This document shows positions 1 through 6,641 of a stretch of DNA of 9,782 nucleotides, one piece after another. The notes beneath the pieces are model-generated. The model worked only from the letters and a program-made list of their open reading frames with translations, was not told the origin of the DNA and ran no database searches. The DNA comes from a virus. Lineage: Duplodnaviria > Heunggongvirae > Uroviricota > Caudoviricetes. Position numbers and translations under genes: made by a program. The stretch lies in IMG/VR virus record IMGVR_UViG_2582580933_000022; one strand, 5' to 3'. Numbering within the stretch: position 1 is the stretch's first letter; each line of letters opens with the position of its first letter.

Positions 1-282
1 TTACCGCCGCAATCGTTCCGGCTTCTTCCACTGGTAAGTATTTTTCGCGCTCTCCCTCCGTTGTTGAGAACGGCGACGGTATGCCAGCAACTCAAGGACT
101 CTTGTTCGTATGTTGCGCATATCCACGCCGTTAAGCTCAATACCATCACGGCGCATCACCTCAGCAACAACACGCACATAATTTTCAGCGGTCACGCTGT
201 CCGGTTGTGTGGCCTGTTCGTCATGCTGCTGGCTGATTCCGACGACGCGGCGGATTAATCCCAGTAGTTCGGCTTCAGTCAT
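1..282 (-). CDS. hypothetical protein, N-terminal 93 codons only (gene runs off the left edge); first gene downstream of the Nu1-like terS
   Basis: ATG at 282-280 preceded by a GAGGG Shine-Dalgarno with 4-nt spacer; frame open to the window edge; 73-nt gap after the terS stop. No family recognised; it does not resemble the lambda gpA N-terminus as I recall it. Confidence 0.4.
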   Translation of the reverse strand: MTEAELLGLIRRVVGISQQHDEQATQPDSVTAENYVRVVAEVMRRDGIELNGVDMRNIRTRVLELLAYRRRSQQRRESAKNTYQWKKPERLRR

Positions 283-355
283 TGTGCCCTCATCGTTCTG
301 ATAGCCTGGTGTCGTCGGGTCCTTCCTGGAATTATGGCCCGTTACGGGGCGGCGG

Positions 356-883
356 TTACTCGCCTTTGTTCTGTAGCAACTTCTCAGGCACGTTTCCGGT
401 AGTTTCCATCAGGTAATCAGCCAGTATCTGTGGCAGGTTTTCGTCAAGTCTTGCACATGCGTTACATGCTTTGGCTATTTCCCTTTTTAGTTCATCCAGC
501 ATATACGGCCTTATATCGGGAAAGCGCCTTTGCATTGTGAGCGGGAGGCTGTCCATGATTGATGAAATCTGACTCGCTAGTTTTGAAATCGCGTAGATGC
601 AAAACTTTGTATCAATCACCTCGCCGCGTTCGCGTTCGTTTTTAAGTTCCTGCGCTTCCGCCTGGGCCGTCATTAATCTGATTCTTACGCGTAAAAGTTC
701 ATCATCATCAATCTCGCCTTTGTCGTTTGTAAGCTGGTTAATTGCATTGTTAACCCTATTGTCTATCACGCTGGCAACATCATAAAACGCCTCACGGCCT
801 TTACGCTCAACGGGAGTTACTCCCCACTTGTCGAACGCTGTCGCACTTACGCGGCAGCTTTGCGCCATAGTTTTTTTGTTCAT
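356..883 (-). CDS. terminase small subunit, lambda Nu1 family
   Basis: Full-length by-eye alignment to lambda Nu1 (181 aa): N-terminal MNKKTMAQSCRVSATAFDKWGV vs MEVNKKQLADIFGASIRTIQNWQEQGMPV, and a strongly conserved block LMTAQAEAQELKNERERGEVIDTKFC...LPLTMQRRFP vs LTRAQADAQELKNARDSAEVVETAFC...LPLSVQRRFP. Start placed at ATG 883 by homology; in-frame alternatives are ATG 898 and GTG 910. None has a strong SD. Confidence 0.8.
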   Translation of the reverse strand: MNKKTMAQSCRVSATAFDKWGVTPVERKGREAFYDVASVIDNRVNNAINQLTNDKGEIDDDELLRVRIRLMTAQAEAQELKNERERGEVIDTKFCIYAISKLASQISSIMDSLPLTMQRRFPDIRPYMLDELKREIAKACNACARLDENLPQILADYLMETTGNVPEKLLQNKGE

Positions 884-1009
884 CAGGTGCGATTTCATCA
901 ATATCCCCACTTAGTTAAGGTTTCAGGTTGGTGTGTTGGTGTTATCTTTCCCTTTTTATTCATAGAGATAGAGCGAAAAACAAAACCACCACCACCACCC
1001 TGAAAAAGC

Positions 1010-1054
1010 TCATAAATAGCGAAAAATCGCAAGGTCGCCGCCCCGTAGCCTACC
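1010..1054 (-). other. lambda-type cos site: cosN 12-nt cohesive-end core at 1043..1032 (minus strand) with conserved flanks
   Basis: Minus strand reads GGCTACG-GGGCGGCGACCT-TGCGATTTTTCGCTATTTATGA. The 12-mer is identical to the lambda cohesive end, and the next ~22 nt match the lambda left end (CGCGGGTTTTCGCTATTTATGA) at most positions; the upstream flank resembles lambda GGTTACG. It lies 149 nt upstream of the Nu1-like gene in the same orientation, as in lambda. Confidence 0.75.
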
Positions 1055-1099
1055 GGATCGCCGGAAAGGACCCGCCAGCCAGAACGGGCCCTAATTTCA

Positions 1100-1483
1100 T
1101 CAACCAATCAACTTATAGCGACCATCCCGTGCATTGCGACGTACACGCTCAATCTTGAGGCATAGCGCCGCATCTGGCTTTTTTGGGACAGGTACGCGGC
1201 AATATTCAGAAGCTCGAGGAATATTGTTTATCCAGTCGATCACTTCACTTAAATACCAGGCCTTACGCCCTTCCGTAACCTGTACGCGTTCGGGGAACTC
1301 TCCGCGAGCCTCAAGGTTTAGCAATGTGCGACGGCTAAGGGTAGTAAGTTCCATCACCTGATTCATATCAACAAGGCGTTCACTTAAACGCATTTTGTCA
1401 GCAATAGCCTTTAATTCCTCTACTGCTGGATCCGGATACATCATTTCGGCAATTGGCTTAAGGTCATTGTAATGATTCTGCAT
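1100..1483 (-). CDS. AlpA/Xis-type (MerR-like winged HTH) DNA-binding protein, 127 aa, with N- and C-terminal extensions
   Basis: Central segment MELTTLSRRTLLNLEARGEFPERVQVTEGRKAWYLSEVIDWI fits the AlpA/excisionase HTH pattern (L..V.E.TG.SR.T.Y.L...G.FP.P.K.G.R...W...E...W). ATG 1483 preceded by AGGGGGA SD; start lies 11 nt after the stop of the gpD-like gene. Confidence 0.6.
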   Translation of the reverse strand: MQNHYNDLKPIAEMMYPDPAVEELKAIADKMRLSERLVDMNQVMELTTLSRRTLLNLEARGEFPERVQVTEGRKAWYLSEVIDWINNIPRASEYCRVPVPKKPDAALCLKIERVRRNARDGRYKLIG

Positions 1484-1494
1484 TGTATCCCCCT

Positions 1495-1836
1495 TTACAC
1501 ACGAGCCAGCGGCTGAACAGAAATACCTGAGCCAACAAACGCGGCAACCTTTGCCGACAGTTCTTTTACAGACTCAGGCCAGTTCAGAGCATCAACATTT
1601 AAAACACCTGTCTTATAAACCTGTGCCTGTGTTTTTTTCGCTGTGTCGATTTGTACAGCGGAAACATAAACCGCTTTGCCTGCGCTCGTTCCATCCCATA
1701 CCACTAGCGCACCAGTTGCATCTTCCTGCATCAGTGGCGTAAACGCAGGTATTACCCCTTTATTGGCTGAAAATATCCCCAGCGTAGTAACCAGTGCTTC
1801 AGTGCCAGACATGAGTTCAGTGTAATGAGTAGCCAT
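1495..1836 (-). CDS. head decoration protein, lambda gpD family
   Basis: 113 aa vs lambda gpD 110 aa. Shared blocks: TPLM, LVVWDGT (gpD LVAWDGT), YKTG (YKSG), WPE, AFVGSGIS (AFAGTAIS). ATG 1836 preceded by GGGGGAG SD, directly after the capsid gene stop (TAAGGGGGAGCAATG). Confidence 0.75.
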   Translation of the reverse strand: MATHYTELMSGTEALVTTLGIFSANKGVIPAFTPLMQEDATGALVVWDGTSAGKAVYVSAVQIDTAKKTQAQVYKTGVLNVDALNWPESVKELSAKVAAFVGSGISVQPLARV

Positions 1837-1845
1837 TGCTCCCCC

Positions 1846-2892
1846 TTAGCCAATGCGAACGGTAACAAAACGATTGATGCGGGCCGGTATTGGCTGTGGT
1901 GCTGAATGTGTCTGCACATATTCAATAGCCGGATCACCAGGCACAATATAGTTTTTCGGTGCAAGTTCGGCTTTAGTCAGCCCCATTCGGATTAGCTCCG
2001 GATCCTGAATACCGCCATAGGCGACAATCCCCTGAAGAGCCGTATTGCCAAGCACCATCAAATCAGGATCAAGGAAATATTTTTCAGTTCCGTCCTCGTC
2101 GGTATAACGCCCGCTGTAAACAACAATCGCAACATCGCCCATATACCCTTTAAAACTCACCGAATCACCAAGGTCTTTAAGGGCCGTTTCCAGTTCGGAA
2201 TTAGAACCACGACGAGTATCCAGAGCCTCTTTTATCGCCCTGAATGAACGGTATTTCTTCCATACATTACCGCCCATAATGATAATATTAGTGACTCCCT
2301 CACTAAATTCTGCGTAGCTCTCAATATCATCATTTGGATCAAAAGCTTCTTTATCCTTACCTGACCACTCAGTACCGCCAGACTGAGTGATGATATTTTG
2401 TGGTTTAATATTCCAGTCCAGCTCATAACGTTCAATACCATCGCCCTCAATGATATTTTTCCCCGTTGTGATTGCCTGAACGGCAAGCCATTCAATACGT
2501 GCACGAATAGCTTTAGCCTGATTTACAATCGCCTGTTTAACTTTAATATTACGCGCTCCAAAAGCATTGTATTGTTCAGGTGATACACCAGCAGGGCGCA
2601 CAGCTAACTTATTTGGATCAATGCTGCTTTTCGGTTTCATATAGCCAGGGCGAATTGTTTTTGACTCGTATCCCTCATCTCGTGAAACTTTACTGCCCAC
2701 CATAGGAGAGCAAAACGCCGCGATCGGGATATTTGGATCGTCGATCGTATCAAGAATAATGTCTCTCGATTCAAACATTACCGAGCGAGTGAAAAACAAA
2801 CTGGTAAACAACGCATTTAATTTTTTTTGCACATCCTCAGCATTAGCCACCTGCATAAGCTGTGTAGGCGAATATAAATCAACCATACTCAT
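1846..2892 (-). CDS. major capsid protein, lambda gpE family
   Basis: Near-identical blocks to lambda gpE as I recall it: NIITQSGGTEWSGKDKEAFDPNDDIESYA vs NNITQSGGTEWSKRDKSTYDPTDDIEAYA; LDTRRGSNSELETALKDLG vs LDTRRGSNSELETAVKDLG; GDVAIVVYSG; MVLGNT. N-terminus MSMVDLYSPTQL vs gpE MSMYTTAQLL. The ORF track extends to 2973, but homology and the AAGAGG SD place the start at ATG 2892 (or ATG 2886); predicted ~348 aa vs 341 aa for gpE. Confidence 0.85.
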   Translation of the reverse strand: MSMVDLYSPTQLMQVANAEDVQKKLNALFTSLFFTRSVMFESRDIILDTIDDPNIPIAAFCSPMVGSKVSRDEGYESKTIRPGYMKPKSSIDPNKLAVRPAGVSPEQYNAFGARNIKVKQAIVNQAKAIRARIEWLAVQAITTGKNIIEGDGIERYELDWNIKPQNIITQSGGTEWSGKDKEAFDPNDDIESYAEFSEGVTNIIIMGGNVWKKYRSFRAIKEALDTRRGSNSELETALKDLGDSVSFKGYMGDVAIVVYSGRYTDEDGTEKYFLDPDLMVLGNTALQGIVAYGGIQDPELIRMGLTKAELAPKNYIVPGDPAIEYVQTHSAPQPIPARINRFVTVRIG

Positions 2893-3057
2893 CCTCTTTA
2901 CATTCATTACAAATAATTGTGAATATATTCTATTACCGATGTCTGCTATGCGAATACATGCAACCAAGTGCAATGTTGTATAAAATATGCCGTGACAACT
3001 TCGGTGCTGATAATTCGTGTTAATGTATTTACTTCCTTTGGTCGGGATTTATGTAGC

Positions 3058-3097
3058 ATGCCGGAAAATCTATTTTTTTCCGGCATCTTTTTGTTTG
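3058..3097. terminator. GC-cored hairpin (ATGCCGGAAAA / TTTTCCGGCAT) followed by CTTTTTGTTTG, in the AT-rich gap between ssb and the capsid operon
   Basis: Inverted repeat 3058-3068 and 3076-3086 seen directly. A T-run follows on the plus strand, while on the minus strand an A-rich run precedes it, so which strand it terminates is uncertain. It may end the ssb transcript and/or insulate the late operon. Confidence 0.35.
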
Positions 3098-3103
3098 CAG
3101 AAT

Positions 3104-3526
3104 TTAAAACGGTATATTATCGCCGTACGGTTCATCATTCCCTGACTGTTGTTTTGCCCTGTTCAGTGCGTCAGTGGCCTGCCCCTGCTGGCCTTTTTTG
3201 CCGCCCGGTCGCGCCGCTCGCGCACTGATTACGCTGTCTGCGATAACCTGCCAGCCCTGCCGCGTTTCGCCGTTCTGGCCTGTCCACTGGCTTACCTGCA
3301 TGTTACCCGCCACGCTCACCAGTTCGCCTTTGTGGTGTCTGGCCAGTGCGTCGGCCTGTCTGCCAAACGCCAGGACAGATAACCACATCGTCGCCGTTCC
3401 GTCATCTGCCTGGCTGCACGGCAGGGGAACCGCCATACTCGCCATCGCCATTTGTGTCCCTTTGCTGGTGGTCTTTAACTGCGGGTCAGCCACCAGCCGC
3501 CCGTAAGCCGCTATCTGTGCTGTCAT
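3104..3526 (-). CDS. ssb: single-stranded DNA-binding protein (SSB)
   Basis: 140 aa; OB-fold region aligns with E. coli SSB (ATMWLSVLAFGRQADALARHHKGELVSVAGNMQVSQWTGQNGETRQGWQVIAD vs [53 protein letters not shown]). Gly/Gln-rich linker and C-terminal acidic tail ending ...DEPYGDNIPF, the canonical SSB protein-interaction tip. ATG 3526 overlaps the upstream stop (ATGA). Confidence 0.8.
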   Translation of the reverse strand: MTAQIAAYGRLVADPQLKTTSKGTQMAMASMAVPLPCSQADDGTATMWLSVLAFGRQADALARHHKGELVSVAGNMQVSQWTGQNGETRQGWQVIADSVISARAARPGGKKGQQGQATDALNRAKQQSGNDEPYGDNIPF

Positions 3527-3768
3527 GCTGTCTGCTCTCCGGTTTTAACATTGATGGTTGTCACCTGTTCCGCTTCGGCAATCTCCCGTTCTGTCAGTGT
3601 GGCAAAGTTTGCCGCCGCTGTGGTCATGAATGCGCTTATCAGTTCGGGATGTGCTTTCGCGTATCCCTCTCCCGCGTTGCGGTCGATGATTTTTATCGCC
3701 ACCCTCAGCCAGTGTTCTGTCAAATCAAGGGCGTGAGATTGTGGTTTTTTTGCGTGCTTCGTTGTCAC
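3523..3768 (-). CDS. hypothetical protein, 81 aa, translationally coupled to ssb
   Basis: GTG start at 3768 with GAGGT SD 7 nt upstream; stop overlaps the ssb ATG. No family recognised. Confidence 0.45.
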   Translation of the reverse strand: MTTKHAKKPQSHALDLTEHWLRVAIKIIDRNAGEGYAKAHPELISAFMTTAAANFATLTEREIAEAEQVTTINVKTGEQTA

Positions 3769-3810
3769 AGGCTTTACCTCACAGCAATAAAATAAAATTT
3801 TTGCATTTTA

Positions 3811-4045
3811 ACCCTTCACCTGTTCACCTTTTGCGATTTTCCCTTTTTATTCATGGTGTTAAGGGGTGAACAGTTTCACAAAAACTATTCACCAACTGTT
3901 CACCACTGTTCACCCTTAAAGCTCAATAAATAATCAAAAAGGTGAACAGTGAATAGTTTGGTGAACAGTTCACAAATAACTGTTCACCCTGTAATATACT
4001 GATATAAAAGACATTTATGACAGGGTGAACAGTGGTGAACAGTTA
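3811..4045. repeat. replication origin iteron array: 9 perfect copies of GGTGAACAG/CTGTTCACC plus degenerate copies, with AT-rich spacers
   Basis: Perfect 9-mers counted by hand: CTGTTCACC at 3820, 3896, 3906, 3980; GGTGAACAG at 3865, 3941, 3960, 4024, 4034. Degenerate copies near 3814, 3885, 3950. AT-rich stretches at 3921-3940 and 3991-4020. Located immediately 3' of the replication gene. The core TGTTCACC is, to my recollection, the P4 alpha-binding type I iteron of ori/crr. Confidence 0.8.
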
Positions 4046-4055
4046 TTCCATAAGT

Positions 4056-5861
4056 TTAATTTTTTCCATCGTCATTTGTGACCGATGCACATGATGGCAT
4101 CCAGTCTTCTGAATCCTCTGTCAGGGTCACATTTGAACGCAAACCGTGCTTCGTTTTCCGTTTCATATACTCCCTGCCATATTCCGCCATTGCCCCCGGC
4201 ATATCTTTACCGAAGCGCGTCAGTGTTACAGGTTTACCGAATCCGTGTGCCCTCATATATGCCAGATAGGCGTGATAAAGATACCTGCGCGGACTGAACG
4301 GAATAATTTCGGCATTACCCACTAACAGACCATCACACATTACCGACGACATGAGATAGCCGCAGAAGTCCACCAGCGAATCGCCCTCGCGTTTTATCAC
4401 CAGAGCTTCTTCTGATTTCTGCTGCTCATACAGCAGGCGTTTAGCTTCGTCCTGGTCAGAAAAACGAGTAAGCAGGTGGCGAATCACAACCGCCAGCTCT
4501 CCTTCTATTTTTTCTGCCAGCATGGGGTCGCGTTCGTTTTCCGGTACAACCTCCGAAAAATTGAATATCACCCGACGACGTGAGATCCCCCCGCTGCGGT
4601 CACTGAATGACATGGCGTTATTGTTCACCGCCAGCACGACCGCCTGAATGCGTGTTGAGTAGGGGGCTTTATGCTTCGGGTCGATTGCCACCTTGTCACC
4701 GCCTGTAATGGCCTTAATTCCTGCGCCATCACCAGCGTAGCGGGTCATATCCGGCATGATAATCAGCGAAAAGCCAACCACTAACGCGCGTTCCCTGGCA
4801 TCTTCCAGCGCCTTCATGCTTGCCGATACCGTGTTGGCCTTACCCGCCAGCATGGTGCAAATCTCCGCCATTACGCTTTTACCGCTTCCACCCGGCCCCG
4901 TTACCTCAAGAAATAACTGCCAGTCGTACCGGTTCGCCAGCACCATGAATAACGCCGCCAGTACGCGATCCGCTTTACGGTCATTCTCTGCCACCGAACG
5001 GCGCAACCATTTCCAGAAATTCGGCGCATGCGTTGCCAGCGTTTCCCCCTCTGCTGGTGGGCTGAACGGTAATTCACTGGCAATTAACAGCCAGTCGTTT
5101 TTGTCATGCTCCCGAAAATCGCCTGTCCGGGTATCAAAAACACCGTTACTGAATCCAATCAGGTTACGGGCGGTATTCCCCATTACGGGCAAACTTAACT
5201 TCATGGTATCGACCGCCGATTTGATGGCGTTCTGCGAATAACTGATCTCCGCATCAATAAAAATCTGCGCCATAGCCCGCTGTAACTCTTTATCCTGTAC
5301 TGGCTCCCATACAACGCCGTTGTAGTGGTGAACGGTGTCAGAGTCCGCATTAATTGCCAGTTCGCCGCCATAACGTGCCAGGAGAACTTCGCCGCGCTGG
5401 CTTGCTCCCATCTGGTTAAGCGCCAGTGGTGCGGCGCTGTCTTCTGTTTTTTTCTTAACAGGAAGCTGAATAACCAGACCATCAGAAAGATTCTGGCGCT
5501 CACGCTCCAGATATTCGCGCCACTCCTCCCGCTTCTGGCTGTGCATTCCCTCAGGGTAATATCTCGCATCCTGTACACCTGCCGCCGCCAGCTTTTGCCC
5601 GATGGCATTAATATTTGACGGCTTGATGTGGCCTGCCTTGTACAGCCGGACACAATAGCGACCATCGTCGATAATTTTCAGGTCTGCCAGTTCGTCAAGC
5701 TGGCTGTCTCCAAGCCATACAGGTGGCACGTTGTCGCCAGCAAGTCGCCCGTCCTGTTCCTGCCATTGTTTCGCGTGCGCCCAGGCATCGCTACCCGCAA
5801 AAATAATGACTTCGGTCATTTTGTCGTGTGGCTGTTTTTTTAAGTTCGGTGCCAGTTTCAT
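4056..5861 (-). CDS. replication initiator, P4-alpha / PICI Pri-Rep family (D5-like SF3 helicase P-loop domain)
   Basis: 601 aa; Walker A VTGPGGSGKSV, downstream Walker B-like hydrophobic stretch and GGDKVAID...RRRVIFNFSE region typical of phage/plasmid primase C-terminal (P4 family) helicase domains. ATG 5861 with AGGGG SD; ATGA overlap with the upstream ORF stop. Iterons lie immediately downstream. Confidence 0.8.
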   Translation of the reverse strand: MKLAPNLKKQPHDKMTEVIIFAGSDAWAHAKQWQEQDGRLAGDNVPPVWLGDSQLDELADLKIIDDGRYCVRLYKAGHIKPSNINAIGQKLAAAGVQDARYYPEGMHSQKREEWREYLERERQNLSDGLVIQLPVKKKTEDSAAPLALNQMGASQRGEVLLARYGGELAINADSDTVHHYNGVVWEPVQDKELQRAMAQIFIDAEISYSQNAIKSAVDTMKLSLPVMGNTARNLIGFSNGVFDTRTGDFREHDKNDWLLIASELPFSPPAEGETLATHAPNFWKWLRRSVAENDRKADRVLAALFMVLANRYDWQLFLEVTGPGGSGKSVMAEICTMLAGKANTVSASMKALEDARERALVVGFSLIIMPDMTRYAGDGAGIKAITGGDKVAIDPKHKAPYSTRIQAVVLAVNNNAMSFSDRSGGISRRRVIFNFSEVVPENERDPMLAEKIEGELAVVIRHLLTRFSDQDEAKRLLYEQQKSEEALVIKREGDSLVDFCGYLMSSVMCDGLLVGNAEIIPFSPRRYLYHAYLAYMRAHGFGKPVTLTRFGKDMPGAMAEYGREYMKRKTKHGLRSNVTLTEDSEDWMPSCASVTNDDGKN

Positions 5862-6157
5862 TTTTTGCCCCTGAATGCGTTAATCATGTTTTTCATTTTC
5901 TGAATATTTGCCCGTGCCTTTGCGTTGCTGGTGGGCTGTCTGCGTGGTGTGGCCTGTACCAGCGAAAAATCACGCCGGAACTGATAAACAGGCATCACGC
6001 AGTCATAACCGTACCCATCACGGCGGTAAGTAACGCACCGTCCCGCCACGCTTTTAATCGTTACCGTGCCGCCGTAGTTATCCCGGAAAATATCGTCGGG
6101 GCGGATTTCAGGCCGAGCGGGGCCGCTGGCAGTAAAGCCAGAATTTTTCTTTTTCAT
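5858..6157 (-). CDS. hypothetical protein, 99 aa, early operon
   Basis: ATG 6157 with GGAG SD; stop overlaps the replication gene start. Basic, Gly/Tyr-rich. No family recognised. Confidence 0.5.
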   Translation of the reverse strand: MKKKNSGFTASGPARPEIRPDDIFRDNYGGTVTIKSVAGRCVTYRRDGYGYDCVMPVYQFRRDFSLVQATPRRQPTSNAKARANIQKMKNMINAFRGKK

Positions 6158-6163
6158 GTTTTT

Positions 6164-6412
6164 TTACTCCAGAGGCAGCTTTTTAGCGGCGAGCTCAATA
6201 TCAGATGTCAGAGAAACCTGTGTATTTGCCAGGTCTAACAACAAAGAAATAAGAATTTCCTCTCTGCTATCGGATTTATCGGTGCTAAGGCTGTTCATCC
6301 ACATATTGACGACTTCCCTGATCTTTTTCGCAGAGTGCAGGGCTTCAAATGCCAGGTCTTCAATATCACGTTTATTTCGCATAATCGCCCCCGCATAATC
6401 ATGATTATTCAT
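6164..6412 (-). CDS. hypothetical protein, 82 aa, early operon
   Basis: ATG 6412 overlaps the stop of the upstream ORF (ATGAATAA); acidic. No family recognised. Confidence 0.5.
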   Translation of the reverse strand: MNNHDYAGAIMRNKRDIEDLAFEALHSAKKIREVVNMWMNSLSTDKSDSREEILISLLLDLANTQVSLTSDIELAAKKLPLE

Positions 6413-6641
6413 GGCTCACCACCACCATATCAGCCATGATAATTTTGCTGGCCTCATTCAGCGCCATATCAGCACTAAATTGCATAACAGCCAGTGAGTG
6501 AGGAACGAAAGCCCCGGCATATTCTGTTTCGCTGGTGGCGTGCTTATGCGCCTTGTCTGCGATAACAGAAATATCAATCAGCGCGTCCATCAGCGTTCTG
6601 ATAGCCTCGGCGGCTGCGTCCGGACGGGTGTTATTGCACAT
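6405..6641 (-). CDS. hypothetical protein, 78 aa, early operon
   Basis: ATG 6641 with AGGGGG SD 6 nt upstream; overlaps the stop of the candidate upstream ORF. No family recognised. Confidence 0.5.
   Translation of the reverse strand: MCNNTRPDAAAEAIRTLMDALIDISVIADKAHKHATSETEYAGAFVPHSLAVMQFSADMALNEASKIIMADMVVVSHE

Noticed and set aside
898-1158. ORFs 898..1107 (-) and 928..1158 (+) across the region between terS and the AlpA-like gene
   Set aside because: They cover the cos site and the (CCA)5 tract; translations are low-complexity (GGGGG, TTTTT runs) with no SD. The region is better explained as cosN/cosB.
356-2892. Degenerate lambda-like prophage head region instead of a satellite module
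   Set aside because: The gene order is inverted and compacted relative to lambda, with cos and Nu1 downstream of E and D and with 10-11 nt intergenic spacers. All four genes appear full length and intact, and the module is contiguous with satellite-type int, alpA and replication genes.
2893-3103. P2 Ogr / P4 Delta-type late promoter motif (TGT-N12-ACA) upstream of the capsid operon
   Set aside because: Scanned by eye; only an off-spacing TGT-N13-ACA was found, so no claim is made.
2968-3795. Plus-strand ORFs overlapping ssb and the 81-aa gene (2968..3228, 3149..3382, 3174..3506, 3346..3795)
   Set aside because: Antisense to the well-supported ssb; Cys/Pro/Leu-rich translations typical of reverse-frame artefacts.
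3811-4045. Possible CRISPR array
   Set aside because: The repeat unit is only 9 bp, occurs in both orientations with irregular spacing and AT-rich spacers, and sits directly 3' of a replication initiator gene. This is iteron architecture, not CRISPR.
4078-5843. Multiple plus- and minus-strand ORFs nested inside the replication gene (4078..4269, 4085..4297, 4756..5241, 4901..5083, 5201..5665, 5325..5618, 5628..5843)
   Set aside because: All overlap the 601-aa replication gene, which has clear Walker A and family motifs. They lack SD sequences and have biased, implausible composition; treated as antisense or out-of-frame noise.
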